A stretch of DNA of 64,000 bases from assembly GCF_009914755.1 (NCBI RefSeq), contig NC_060932.1. One strand, written 5' to 3'. This DNA is from the human T2T-CHM13v2.0 reference genome, Homo sapiens. The notes below the pieces were generated by a model. It did not search any database and was not told the DNA's origin. It worked only from the letters and a program-made list of their open reading frames with translations. Positions 36,725 through 51,405 of this stretch are shown piece by piece. The position numbers and the translations under genes are program-made. How positions within the stretch are numbered: the first letter of the stretch is position 1; the number at the start of each line of letters is the position of its first letter.

Positions 36725-37919
36725 ATTTATATAAAATGGTATCCAAAAAGTATTCAGGGCCATTTTTAAGTAAAGGTACCACAGAATAGGTCCTTCCTGG
36801 GATATACAGTGTCTTTTCTCTAATTTAATATTTGAAATGCTCAAAGATACTACATTTGATCAGGAAAGCCCTGTAGTCAAACTTGTTTTAATATATATTT
36901 GGGCTACAAAAAAAGATTGAGAGTTACGAGAAAATATATACATATATATAGTGTAATGATATCAACATCCATTTTTTTCTTTCCCTTTCTGTGCCTACTT
37001 ACCTAACATGAAAGTTTTGAAACTCTCTGAACTCCCACATATTTGCTCTAGATGTTACCTCTGTTAGGGAATGTCTCATTCCTCTTAGGGCACACTGACC
37101 CATTTGATTGATGGTTTAATATCTTCCCCCAAAGTACCAAGTAATATTGGTTGTTTCTTTTAATTTCAAAACCTGTACAGTAGTAATACAGGTCATTACC
37201 CATCTCCTGACCCAGACCCTGGGTGCCAACAAAATTAAGTGCTTGCTATAAGCCATGGATACCTGGAAGCTATCAACCTATTGATGATAAATAGCAAACT
37301 ATAATGGCCTAGCAATATGCACGTGATTGTCTGATTCCTATTCATTTGTACATGGAGGAAGGGTGCTGAGATAACTAAATAATTAAATCACATAATGCAA
37401 TTAAACTTACTCTATTACAGTGCTCTTCTCCCCGTCGTTCTTCTTGCTGACAGTATGCATACCAGGCTTCACCTCAGTACAATTAAGCTGATTAGGTAGT
37501 ACTAAACAGCTCAGATATGTAATAGGCTTTTTGTTGTTGTTGTTGTTGCTGTTTTTTTTTTTAATTTTTTTTTTAAGCTCCGTAAGTCAAATGCCAAAAT
37601 CTTGAGGTACAACAGCAGATCTTCCAGTGATGTACATAAAGCTCTTTACCAAACACACTACGGCAAAGGCAGGTAGCCTTAACCTTTCAAGAGCATCCAG
37701 GTCTCTAGAACTGGTTACTGGGTTGTAATGTTAGATATTGCTTTGGAAGGAAAAAAAATACGTAAAATATTCAGGCATTTCCTAGAGTGCCATTGTGTAG
37801 ACTGGGCTCTTGCTCTAGCAGTTTCTCCCTCACAGACAAAAAGTAATAATAATCTACAGGATGCAACTCTTTCTCTGCTTCCTCCTTCTCCATCCATCCC
37901 TTAATTTTTCCTTAATTAA

Positions 37920-38170
37920 TAATAATATGCTAACAATATCCTATTATAGACTGACTGCCTATTATATGCCTACAATATCCAACTTTATTTGCATGTAGCT
38001 ATTGAATGCACACAACAACCTTGTGGTTCGATATTCTCTTTCTACCTGGAAGAATATAGAAGCTAAGGTAGGTTAAATATCTTGCCTAAGATCACACAGC
38101 TAAATAGTAAGAAAGCCTGAATTTGAATCTAGCTCTGTCTTAACTCCAAAGCCCACATTTCTTTCCCTGT
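37920..38170 (-). mobile_element. MIR
   Basis: ggttaaatatcttgcctaagatcacacagcta...ctccaaagccc. Confidence 0.65.
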
Positions 38171-38828
38171 AGCAGATTGCCTCTTGATAAAAAATATCAG
38201 GAGGAACAATATTTTGTGCTTCAAATACAACTTGGTATAAATCTGTTTCTGACTGTGTCTAGCATCTTCTCCAAGAGGATAAGGAAATTAAGCCCCCTCT
38301 GTTGTACAAGTTTCACATCCCAATCAGGATAACTGTCAAATCAAATCAGGGCGCAGCTTCTTTGCTGGACACTATTACCATGTGGTGTATTGTCAATCTT
38401 GACTAAATACCACATCCGAGCAGGCTCAACTCAATCTGTGTATTAGGAAAAATAACAAAGGAATTAAAGGATTTCATATAAGCATCAAAACTTCATCCTC
38501 ATATCAATGTCTTAGGCGATTTCCAGAAGAAGGACTTTGTTGTAAAAAGAAGGTCATCTCATTAAGAAACTGAAAACAAATCCCATGTCTTTTCCTTTTC
38601 TTTATGAATCCTCCACATAAAGCATTAATTTCTATTTTTATTTTTTAAAGATGTATGTTCTTCCCTGCACAAGACCTGCTTTTGTCAACAGATACCCTTT
38701 CTGGTCAAAATTCTTTTGCATTTGGGATAGTGAAACTCATCTCTTGATTGCTGTAATCCAAAATTCTTTTAAAAATATGGTCACGAATGAATTAATGAAT
38801 TGGAAGAAATAACATAAAAAGCAAGGTG

Positions 38829-39141
<313 letters not shown>

Positions 39142-39509
39142 AAGGTGTTATTGGTATCATTTAAGACCTTGATGATAAGACAATGAAATATATACATTCA
39201 AATTATGTTTTCTTTTTAGATATTATAGAGCCACATTCTCCTTAAAACTGTGTAAAACATAAAACTTAAATGATAAAAATATGAATAAACAATTCAGAAG
39301 GTAAACAAAAATAGTAGAAAAATATGATTTAATATTTAATTTTGCTAGTAATCAGCAAGTGTATACTAAGCAATTAATATTATTTTTATCCAATAACTAA
39401 CAAATATCTCAGAGATTATGTTCAAAGCTGGTGAGGATGAGGAAAATTGCTAAGCTTCTATAATGCTGCTGCCTGAGTCAATTTGCATACTCCTTTTGAA
39501 AATAAATTT

Positions 39510-39840
39510 AGGGCAGGATACGGTGGCTCATGCCTATAATTCTAACATTTTGGGAGGCCAAGGTGAGAGGATCATTTGGCACCAGGAGTTCAAGACCATC
39601 CTGGGCAACAGAGAGAAAACATGTCTCCATAAAAAGTGAAAATAATTATCTGGGCATGGTGTCACACATCTGTAGTACCAGGTACTAAGGAGGCTGGGAT
39701 AGGAGGACCACTTGACCCTGGAATTGGAGGCTGCAGTAAACTATGATGGCACTACTGCACTCCAGCCTGGAAAAGATCTTGTCTCAAAATAAATAAATAA
39801 AATAAGTAAATAAATAAAAATAAAATAATAAATAAGTAAA
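39510..39840 (+). mobile_element. AluJ
   Basis: Diverged dimer with (TAAA)n tail. Confidence 0.88.
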
Positions 39841-40505
39841 TATTTTATTTATACATATAATTAAATAAATACAAATTAAAATATTAAAAATTTAAAAAGA
39901 TATCTGCTAATGCATCATTTGCACTCAGTACATTTTATTGCAAAGAGGATGGTCACAGGATTTTTTCACAGCTTCATTTATTTTTATTTTTATTTTTTAA
40001 AAAATTTATTCAACAAACACATGTAGAGTCTCAGAGCTATTTAACCATTGGTAATATAAATAATGAAGGGTCTCACATCCTTTGCTTTCATGGAACCTAT
40101 AGTCTAGATATACATGATATCCATGAATAGTTACATACATGAATAGTTGGGCATTGGTATACATGAATGGTTGCTTAGTTGTACAAAGTATTATGGAAGA
40201 ACAAAGAAGAGGAATGTAACCAACCTAGGATTTGGGGGACTCTGGTAGGCTTACATAAGATGTGTCAGCTAAGCTGAATCTAAAGGAGGAGAATCGGCTA
40301 TAAGCAAAAGAGGGGGGACATTCGTATCATGGGGCAGAAGGAAAAGCATGCGTGTGATCTCCAGGTGAAGAGAGTTTAGATTCCTAAAAGAATTGAGTGG
40401 CAGTCCCTATAGCTTCTAGGTGGTGAAGTGATTAGGCACTGAAGCTAGTGGTAAATACAGGGCCCACGTCATGAAAGGCCTGGTCAGTCGTGATTTAAAA
40501 AAAAA

Positions 40506-40509
<4 letters not shown>

Positions 40510-40552
<43 letters not shown>
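40510..40552. repeat. (TA)n microsatellite
   Basis: About 21 uninterrupted units. Confidence 0.95.
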
Positions 40553-40555
<3 letters not shown>

Positions 40556-42554
40556 TTTTATTCAAAAGACGGAGGAATTTTATCCAAAGGATTAAGAATT
40601 TAAAGACAGAATGACATGTTTGAATTTGAATTTTGGAAAGAGCATTCTGCTTTGCAGTGTGTAGGAGGGATTAAAGGAGGGTAGGCAGAAGAGAAAAAGG
40701 ATCCATTGTAGTCATGTAGGGGAATGATGGTGGTGATTCAGACAAGCATAGGAAGAATGGAGATGAAGAGCAATTGCTGAATTTGAAGGATATTTAGGAG
40801 AGGGAATCAATGGGGTTTAGTGATGAATTCGATATAGGGGCTGAATGGGAGAAAAGTAGGTGATACCCAAGTTCTAACTTAGGGAACCTGGTGAATACTA
40901 GAGCTATTACAAGCTTTATGGGATGTAGGCCAAAAAACAGTCTTGGGGCCAAGCAATAAGTCTGTTTGAAGCATAAAAGTTTGAGGGGTCTTTAGGACAT
41001 TTAAGTAACTATATTTAGAGGCAATTTTATGTGTAGAATTGAAGCTTCAGAGGGACAACTGTACTAAAGATATAAATTTTGGTGTAATATAGATATGTGC
41101 AGAATTATAGTATCAATATAAAGTGAAAATTTTGATATAACTAAATGTTCAATAGTAAAGAAATAGATCAACACTGACACACCTGCAATCATTAGAATTA
41201 GTTTTATGAGGAGGTAATACCATGAAAAAATGAGATAATATATTACAAATATATGTGTGTTCTATGTATACAAAACCAAAATATTAAGTATACATCAGAA
41301 ACAGATACTAGAATGAATCATATCAAATTATTAATAGTATTGGTCTTTGGGAATTTGGTGACAATGGGTAGGAATATTTTTAACATGTGTTTGTATTTTT
41401 CTATAATTTAGTATAAACCATAATTTTCCATATAAAATATATCATAAAATGTTAACTATATTTTCCCTTTTACTATATTGAACTATAGAATGTTTACAAG
41501 TTACAAGATCACTATAAAAGATACTTTCCAAGATTTTAGAGGGTAAAATTTCTCAATAGATAATAACACAAAAGTTAGTTGTCAATTTAATATTTCATGT
41601 TCCACCAAAACAAAATGGGCGTGATGAAAAAATGCTGTTCTGGATGTCAGTGCAAAGAGGTTTTTATCCTGTGCCTGTGACTTAGAACTCGTTGACAAGT
41701 TGTTTAGCCTCTGAGAGCCTGGATGACTTCTAAGATAGGAGAGTCGGTTCGGATTTTCTCTAAGGTGATCTTCTGCCCTATTTTGCCTGTGTCCACATCA
41801 CATACAAAAAATTCCGTCGAATCATGTTCCAGTCAAATCAGCCTATATTTACATTTTGAGATATGCAGCTAAGTGGCCACAGGCTAGGATTTTATGTGAC
41901 CTGACATCTAACAGGAGTGTATTTCTTTCAAAGAGAATTTAATGTTGTTTGTTCCTTACAGTTTCGTTTTCCCTCTTTTGTTTCGTCTTTTTGTCATAAA
42001 AAGATTGAAAATACTTGCTGTATTAGTGTGCAGAACATAAAACATAAAGCTCTTCCTGAAAGGTAATTTTCCAAGAGTGAAAAATATGAGAATGGTGTTT
42101 GATTGTTTGGTTTTCTGTCATTCAATGTTGCATTAAAACAACCATTTTTCCATAACTATGAATGGCCTCACTCTTGAAAACTGTCAGTTACAAATGAAAA
42201 GCGATAACACTTTGAAAGCAAAACCTTTCCCAAATCCCACTAGGTTTTCAGATGAATTTGAAAATTAGTCAGTGGGACATATTCATACACAAATGTATCC
42301 ATTGTTGGGGGAGGAATTAAACAATTTATAAACTCCATCTCCATATTCTCAGCAAGATATTCTTTTTTACATCTTAAAATGAATAATTGTTATAAATCTT
42401 ATAATCTTATTCTTTTTCATTTTTTTCCTAAATACATTTATATTTTGTTTTTCCCTGATACGTGGATTTTAATACAATAAAGTTAGAGACCATGAAGTGA
42501 AAGCTAAAATTGCCATAGTTTATGAAGCCCTTTATATTCTTTCACAAAGCAGAG

Positions 42555-42556
<2 letters not shown>

Positions 42557-42594
<38 letters not shown>
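42557..42594. repeat. (GT)19 microsatellite
   Basis: Read directly. Confidence 0.95.
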
Positions 42595-42596
<2 letters not shown>

Positions 42597-43157
42597 CCTG
42601 GTTATGTGTTTATTCTAGAAACCTAAAAATAGAGAAAAAGCAAAAAACTTAATACAAACTTAAATTACTAACATTGTGTGACCCAGAGAAAAATACCTGG
42701 ACTAAATTTGACATCTTACTTCAAAGTCTCTTTGAATAAACTGTTATGGGAACAGGTGTCTCAGGTTAAATCACTGTATGTTTCCATTAGGGGACAAAGC
42801 TGTATCTGCCATCATAACTGGTGTAGAATCTCTGGCTTAGATCCAATTTGAGAGGCCAGTTTTGGAGACAACTTAAGTGAAAGCTAAAATGATGGTTACA
42901 AGTTAACAATCAAAGAAAAACAAAACTTTTCTTTGTGGCCCTCTTGGGAAATAAGTCACCTGTGTTAGTGTGGCTGAAAGAATAACTGTCCTGTGTATTA
43001 GGACCAGCATGGGTTCTCTTGCATTCAAAGAATGCACAGCTGAACTGGTCTTAGGGCCCATGCTGTAAACCAAGACAGCTTTCTTTCTATAATCTAGTGG
43101 TTACTCTGTGTCTGCATCTCTGAAAGTTCCTAGTTCAAGGCACACAGAAAGGAGAGG

Positions 43158-43467
43158 TGTTAGAATTGCTAAGGGACAAACTTTAAAAAAATTAAATTTA
43201 ACCGAGTTGAATTGAGCAAAGAACTGTTCACGAATCAAGCAGTCCTTGAACCAAAATAGGTTTAGAGAGACTCCAGGCTGCCACGTGGTCAAAGACGATT
43301 TATGGACAGAAAAGGAAAGTGACGTTTAGAAAACGGAAGTGAAGTTCAGAAACAGCCAGATCAGTTACAGCTCAATGTTTATCTTATTGAACACGATGTG
43401 AACCATCGGCTTTAGGCACAATTTAAAATATGTCAGGAGGCAGCTTTAGTCTAAACTTAATTTAACA
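43158..43467 (-). mobile_element. ERV1 LTR, MER57-like
   Basis: Minus strand begins TGTTAAATTAAGTTTAGACTAAAGCTGCCTCC; TG...CA termini. Confidence 0.7.
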
Positions 43468-45319
43468 GACCCACATAAGACCAATGGTTTAATAAAATCT
43501 CAAACTCTTTAAAATGTGCATTCTAATGAAGATGATATTTAGCTCTACCTAACTTTTCAAATTCCTTTCCATGTACCCATGGCATGTAATATTTCAGCCA
43601 TCCCACATTTCCTAAGATTTCTCTCTTACCTTTTAATCTCTGCACATGGCATGCCCGCTGTTGGGCTACCTTCTCCAACTTGCCCAGTTGGTCAGCACAT
43701 TTATCCAGACTGTGATGAGGGGTAATCTTCCCTGTGATGCCTGCCATAAACCCTCCCAGGGACAGTTAGGCTCTCTCCTCTGTACCCAATGACACTTTGC
43801 ATATACTTCCAATTTAAGCATGCTTGTCATAGATTTGTTATTATTTATCTCTATTTTTAGTCTGTGAGCTCCTGGCAGAAAGTAAATATGTCTTAGTCAT
43901 CTTTGAATCCCTAGTACCTAGAACATTGTCTAATCTTAGTAGGCATGCACATGCGTCTATTTAAAAAAAAATACATTGAATGTATTAAACTGATAAATTG
44001 GAGAATAATGAACGTGCTTTTGTAGAGTCTACTGAAATCTGAAGTTCTTTAAGGAACTAAGAATGGCTCTTTGATTTCTTTGAATGTGTCTTAAGCACTC
44101 TTTCCCATCTTTCATTCTGCAGGATTTAAGATCTGCTCGATAAAGTAATATCTTAGTCATATATAAGATTGGCACAGGTGAGGTGAATGATGCAAACGCA
44201 ATGATATAAAACGCTTCCATTTTTATTACAGGTTAGGAAGAAAGAATAGTTTTCAAGTTAAAAATAAACAAGAAACTTTTACTGGGGCCTGGGGAAAGAG
44301 TCTGTGTTTCATAAATTGCATTAAATATTTGGTATGTAAAATTCCGGCTGCTGTTCTGCATTAAATGGGCGAAATGCATCCCGTATCTAATTAAGTAACC
44401 ATATGGAGACAAGTCACATTTACATAAATGAAGGCAGAAAGCCTGGCTCTATTGTATTCTCTTTTAGATTATGTAACTTGGTTTTCCTGCTATGGCTTTC
44501 TGCTCTGACTTGCACATTGCCGTGGACCAATACACTCACAGAAAATGAATGGAAGTTAAAGAGCTAATTCTAAGGAGCATTACTCTATTTACATATTGCA
44601 GTGAGAAGGACTCTGGAATATTATGAAATCTCCTATGTTTATTAACTACTTGCCTATTAAAGCCAATAGTTTTGGGACCTGGCCAACAGGAAACCCATTG
44701 TCTATTAGCCTGCTTTGCAAGATAGCTATGTGCCTGGTGTACAGTGTAACCATTTCACTGAATGTTTATTGAATAAGTGCTTCACAGCATGTATTCTGAA
44801 TTTTTCACCTAACAGAATTTTACTAATATAGCTACAGGGAGCAAATGATAAAGAAGTGTTATAAGCAACGGTCCATATCACTAGGACTCTGAGATGAAAA
44901 TGATAATAGCAATCAGAAAATCAAAATATAAATGTTAGGATAATAAGTTTGGGGATGGAAATCATAGGGATGATAATTGTAATTCTTTCCTTTTTATGCT
45001 TTTGTTTGTCCACCCAGTGATGATGCTGAAGGTTGTGGTCATGGTGCCACATGATATGTATGTAACATTTAACCATTTACTCTATTTTTACATATATTTT
45101 AACATCACAAAACACCAACAGATTTTAGTCATCCATTTTTGTGTATGAGAAAAATGGAACATCAGGGTTAAGTTATTCACCCAAGGTCACAGAGTTAACA
45201 CAGACCTTGTCAGGTTATTTGATTCTCATGTAAAGTTCTTTAGTTTTAGCAGATTTAGTCTTTGCTTTTTGGTATGGTCCCTGTTTACACTTTGAAACAA
45301 ATACCAGTATAGTGAAAAG

Positions 45320-45362
45320 AAAAGCATACTTTGGAGACAGAAAAAGCATACTTTGGAGACAG
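45320..45362. repeat. Perfect 22-bp-period duplication
   Basis: aaaagcatactttggagacag at 45320-45340 and 45342-45362. Confidence 0.92.
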
Positions 45363-46559
45363 AAAAGGAGAAAAAAAGTGATATGTATTTCAAAGTAATG
45401 TCCTCTCAAGAAAAAAGTATACAAATAATTTAGAACGTCTCAAAATCTCTTGATGCTCAAATTCACTTAAACAATAATCCAATGGATCAGGATTTTATGA
45501 ATCCCAATTTTGGATGACTGTGGGCCCCGGTGTGCCCAATTGCATTACAAATACAACACATCAAATGATAAAATATTGGCAGTTTATTATGCTTAACCCT
45601 ATTAGAATGGCAGTGCCTTTCGCCCAGTTGTTTTTCTTGCTAATGTTCACCACGTCCTTATATTTTAATTGGAATTTTAGTTGTTAAATATTCCTGCTTT
45701 AAAAGAAACATTTATTTCTAAATGAAACACAGAAAAATTCTTATTATTTTATTCTCAATTATTCTTTGACTTCTTTATTTCTGACTTTGGTGAGGATGTC
45801 TAGTCAGTTAAATATAGTTGGTAGAACACTAGTTCTCTCAAAAATATTTATTTTCTCAGGGCCTTCTCTGGGAGGGGTTCCTAACACACCCATCCTGATC
45901 TGGAATCGCAGTCCAGCTCACAGGTTAACCAAATGATCTTTAAGGTAAATGTCATTCTTATTGTAAGTGAAGAAGTGACTCACAGATAATGTGTGTTTTT
46001 ATACCATCTTTTGGTTTTATGAACTACACACTATTACCCTGCGACAGGCACTCACTAAATTAGAGTATCAGACTTATAAGAATCCATTCCTCTGAAACAA
46101 AATGGAATTCTGAGGTGGCTGGAGTCAGAGACCTGCATTCAAGTTCTGAGCCCACCACTTACTGTCAGTGCAGCCTTAGGCAAGGCAGATAATTAAAGCA
46201 TCTCCTCAGATGCACAGTGACACCCACCTTGGAGAGTTTCTGTGTCTCTTAAATGACCGAATCCGTGTAGAAGGCTTATTACCACAATCTGTAGCTACTT
46301 GGTAAACGGCAGCTCTTATTTTGACTTTCTGCTAACGGAGTTTCCACATTCCTTAGCCTACCAAGGCTCTTTCCTGAACAGCTGATGGCATTAGGATTTA
46401 ATTAAGTGAAGCTTGGAGTGCTGGCTTTGTGTAAGAAGGAAGATGCAGCTGTATCAGTGAGGAACGTTTTCTGCCACAAATAACAGAAAATCTATCAGTA
46501 GCGTTAAATAAGTAGGGATTGTTTAAAAAAAAAAGCTGTAATATGTTATCTGGGGGTGG

Positions 46560-46647
46560 ATGATCCTGGTGTTAGTTAAAGCTCTCAGTGATGTCTGTGC
46601 TGGGACTTCCGGGTTCCTGTTGGACTTTTCCTCCCAAACTTCACCAG
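46560..46647 (+). CDS. UNC5D: Alternative first coding segment of UNC5D (MILVLVKALSDVCAGTSGFLLDFSSQTSP-G), below the ORF-track length cut-off
   Basis: ATG at 46560, 29 open codons plus 1 nt, then a strong donor CAG|GTAAGG at 46648. Phase 1 matches exon 2. The peptide matches my recollection of the alternative N-terminus of a shorter UNC5D isoform. The 5' boundary of the exon cannot be determined from sequence. Confidence 0.8.
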
Positions 46648-46651
46648 GTAA

Positions 46652-47016
<365 letters not shown>

Positions 47017-47999
47017 ACACCTATTCTTTATATCAGGCAGATACAAGCTTTCACAGAAGCTTCTGTTTACGACTCATGTGCTAAACCAGTGTCACCTGAC
47101 CATGCTGAACTGCAAGAAGGTCATCAGAGTCTGTGATTTTTCCAGCCTCTGCTGTGAATGTGGTGTGGAAGGAGGCAGATGGCTGGATCAGTCACCAGCC
47201 ATTTGTCCTACCAGAATTTAAAACTTTTCTTTGAGTTGTAAAGTGGAGTTGTGGCATATGTGTTGAGATTATGAATAAATTTATCTTGAAGGAAAAAAAG
47301 CATTCATGCAGTCTTGCATAAAACTATTTATTAAAGTAAATGACCTCCTCCCACCCTGTCCCAAAGAATAGAATCTGTCAGCAATTTATAAGCCCCTTAA
47401 AAGTTTCCACTTCAGTTCCTGTTCCTCTTTCTTCCCTATCCTTCCCTTTTACTGAAAGAATTGACAGTTTCCTGAAGAATTCAGTTCAAAACTACTAGGC
47501 AGGGCTGAGCATGGTTGGCAAGTATGGGTTGGAGAGGGGGAGAGAGGTGAGTCATTGCCCTGTGGGATGAGGAAGGGGTGTCCTCCTGGAGAGGCAGCCT
47601 GCTGAGGGGATTAAGCCCTTTTGCTGGAGGGCAGCCACCTACTGGGCAGGGCTTTGCTGCACCAGGAATGAGAGCCTGACCCAGTGTGGAACTTGGAGTG
47701 TGGGAAGGCAGGGCGGGCTACAGGGATAGGCAGTCACTACTCCCAGCACTTCGCTATACAAAGCCAAAAAAAAAAAAGATTCTTATTTTCACCTACCTCA
47801 TTTTTTAGACGGATGCAAATAAACAGTGATATGTATACAAATATATACCTACAATCCCTCACCTTCCCACTGCCACTCTAGTAAATCATTTTCCTTCTTT
47901 TCTTATTTTCATGGATCCCAACAATTTTTGTATTTATGTAATAATAAAAATGTAATATTACATTCCACCCTTTTTCTCATCCTCTGAACGTTAACTGAT

Positions 48000-48306
48000 T
48001 CTTTTTTCTTTATTTATTTTTGAAATAGGGTCTGTCTCTCTCTGTCACCCAGGCTGGAGTGCCAGTGGTGTGATCTTGACTCACTGCAGCCTCTACCCCC
48101 TGAGCTCAAGCGAGCCTCCCACTTCAGCCTCCCAAGTAGCTGGGACTACACGCATGCATCCAGCTAATTTTTTTATTTTTAAATTTTTTTGCAGAGAAGA
48201 GGGTCTCACTGTGTTGTCCAAGCTGTTCTCAAACTCCTGGGCTCAAGTGATCCTCTCGCCTTTGCCTCCCAAAGTGCTGGAATTACAGACATGAGTTGTG
48301 CCTGGC
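48000..48306 (-). mobile_element. AluJ
   Basis: Diverged dimer. Confidence 0.9.
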
Positions 48307-49397
48307 CTAAGATTGACTGATCCTTAAGGGGGATCCTCGGGTAGCTAGGACAGTTACCCTCAGGCTTGTCCATTCCACTCTCCTGCTTTCTTTCAGATGC
48401 AGGCTGAACGTGCTGCTTATCTAAAGGACATTTATTAAAATGGGAGGAGGGGAACTTAATTGCTTTTAGATCTCTCTGTATTTTGTGAGTTGAATGGTTA
48501 AAACTTGATCTATTACATGATCTAGTCCCTTTATTTATCTGGCATTTGTGCCAGATACATAGACGTATTCATGCGTTGTTACTAGTAAAGGAAAAGTGCA
48601 TCATTCAGATTGCATGTCTGTACGTGTCTGCTAAGCTTACCACTATAGCTTTGGGTATGTATTGTTTATCAAGTGGTCCTTTTATGAATTGAACAATGAA
48701 TTAGACAGAACTAAAGCCCCTAATAGGAGTGTAAGCAGTTGATGCTCATATAAAATCTTTTAATACTTTTGTCATTTCCTCTAACATATGGATTTACAAA
48801 ATCCTGCGGGGACTTGGTATTTGTTGAAGATAGAAATTGGTATAAGCATTCAGTAACAAAACAAATTAATATGTGATTTATTTTATGAAATCCATTTTAA
48901 ATATAATTAAAATATTTTTAAAAAACCACATCTGAGATTCCACCCCGAAACCCCTCTTACTCCCTGTGACATATACACATTTTATTTTCTGACTTTATTG
49001 TATTTTTGACATAAACTGTTTGCCCTTACTTTTTAGAATATTTGCTTTACAATTTTTTGATGCTGACAATTACTTGAATGTGAGTTAGCTTTTCCATTAC
49101 AAATACATTTCAAGGCTTATAGTCTCTTAAACTCTGTGTTATGTGAGGCTGTTTTTTCTCCCCTTAAGCTGATGTATTTAATGGGAAAAAAAATCTTATT
49201 TGGAAGAATCAAGTTACATTTAAGTTTAATTTGTTCCAGTGGCAAACTATGCATGTGTGTTTCCAGTTGTTAGGAGCCATTTACTAACTTGGTGTCTTTT
49301 ATTTTCTTCCTTATACAAAATACCTCTTGAAGTCTGAGCCTTTGTACCTCTTTTTACTTTTAAGAATTCCTCCTGTAGTTCCTCAACAGAACATTAC

Positions 49398-49710
<313 letters not shown>

Positions 49711-49903
49711 TCAGAACAATCCTCCTGTTTTTAATGAATTGGGTTTACCATTGACAATGCTTCCTGATTTCGGTTGTTGACTTAAGCATGAATAGTAAGA
49801 GGCTCTGGTCACAACTGCATCAATGACATGCAGAAAGCAGGTCAGGTCACAAGATGCAGCCCTTTCCCAGACTCTCTTCGGAGAGTTGGATCTGATGGGT
49901 GAG

Positions 49904-50349
49904 TGCATTAGTCAGGGTTCTCTAGAGGGACAGAACTAATAGATGTATATATAAAGGGGAGTTTCTTAATGAGTATTGACTCACGATCACAAGGTGAGGT
50001 CCCACAATAGGCCGTCTGCAAGCTGAGGAGCAAGGAAGCCAGTTCAAGTCCCAAAATTGAAGAACTTTGAGTCTGATGTTCAAGGGCAGAAAGCATCCAG
50101 CACGGGAGAACAATGTAGGCCAGAAGTCTCAACCAGTCTAGTCTTTCCACATTCTTCTACTGCTTTTATTCTGGCCATGCTGGCAGCTGATTAGATGGTA
50201 CCCACCTGGATTGAGGGTGGGTCTGCCTTTCCCAGCCCACTGACTCAAATGTTAATTTGACATTTGACAACACCCTCACAGACTCACCCAGGAACAATAC
50301 TTTGCATCCTTCCATCCAATCAAGTTGACACTCCATATTAACCATCACA
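49904..50349 (-). mobile_element. MLT2A (probably MLT2A1, HERV-L) solo LTR
   Basis: 446 bp; minus strand begins TGTGATGGTTAATATGGAGTGTCAACTTG; perfect 5-bp TSD GTGAG (49899-49903, 50350-50354). Confidence 0.9.
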
Positions 50350-51405
50350 GTGAGATTGTTCTTCCAGTGGTTCACTAGGTAGTTTTCCTCCATCCTAAAG
50401 ACTGGTTTGGTCTCAATGGGAACAACCATTTCTAGGGCAGTTAATCTTGCTATTGAAATGTTTGCTTTCTTTGGTCTTACAGTAGAATGGCCTTTCGAGG
50501 GTACAAGATGCCACTCCTCCTTGTCCTCTCCACTGTGCTCAGCAATCACACCCTCCTGCCTTTGATTTTGTGGCAGTTTCCTGGGACTTAAGTCTTTGCT
50601 CACTGTATGAAGAAACAGGGAAGTACAGTTTTCCCTCCTGCACTTCCCTTTTTATATTGCTTCCTCCATTTCCTAAGGTTAGGGGAGAATCCAGTTTATT
50701 CCTTTCATTTGATCAAATGTAATTATAACTACTGGCTATAAGCTCAGAGCTATTAGCGATTTGTGTTCATTCTCACCAGCGGAAGGTTGCTGGGGGCAGA
50801 GGGTGGGCCAAAGGCAAGCAAAATGGAATCATGTTCCCTTTGAAGGGGCAGTGAGCTGGTGAGTTATCCAAGATCCAAGACGATTGCCAGACAATCTCCA
50901 CCATTTCATAGGTAAAGAAAGCAGACCATTTGGAATCTTTTGACCATATTTTATGGCTGAGTATCCTCTGTTATCATCCCTGTCATTCACATACATGTGT
51001 GGGAGAACAACATCTATTCTCACCATTTTTCAAAATTTTGAAGCAGCTTGGGGTTGTCATTAGCCCTTTAAGGTAACCATTCACCAGAGCCTCTCACCTC
51101 ACAGATGTGTATCTCAGTTGTTTCTGCAAAGACGCTCGGATTCAAAACAGAAATTTGAGGCGTGTCCTATTCATTCTTATGTTTCATCCAATAACACTGA
51201 AGCCATGGCTAGCTGGAGGCACCATATCCTCCTAGTTCAGCTTCTAGAAGATAATTCATCTACACCAGTTCTACAAGCATGCTTTATTAATAAAGCGAAT
51301 ATTTCTCCAGCACAGAATCTTAGAGCTGGTGCAGGTTTGCCATTGTGTCCTGGTGTATGTGCTATCAATGTAGGCTGTGTTCTGATGTCTTTTTTGATTT
51401 CACAG

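Noticed and set aside
50166-50603. 145-aa minus-strand ORF
   Set aside because: It runs into the MLT2A LTR, has a non-ATG start and shows no recognisable domain.
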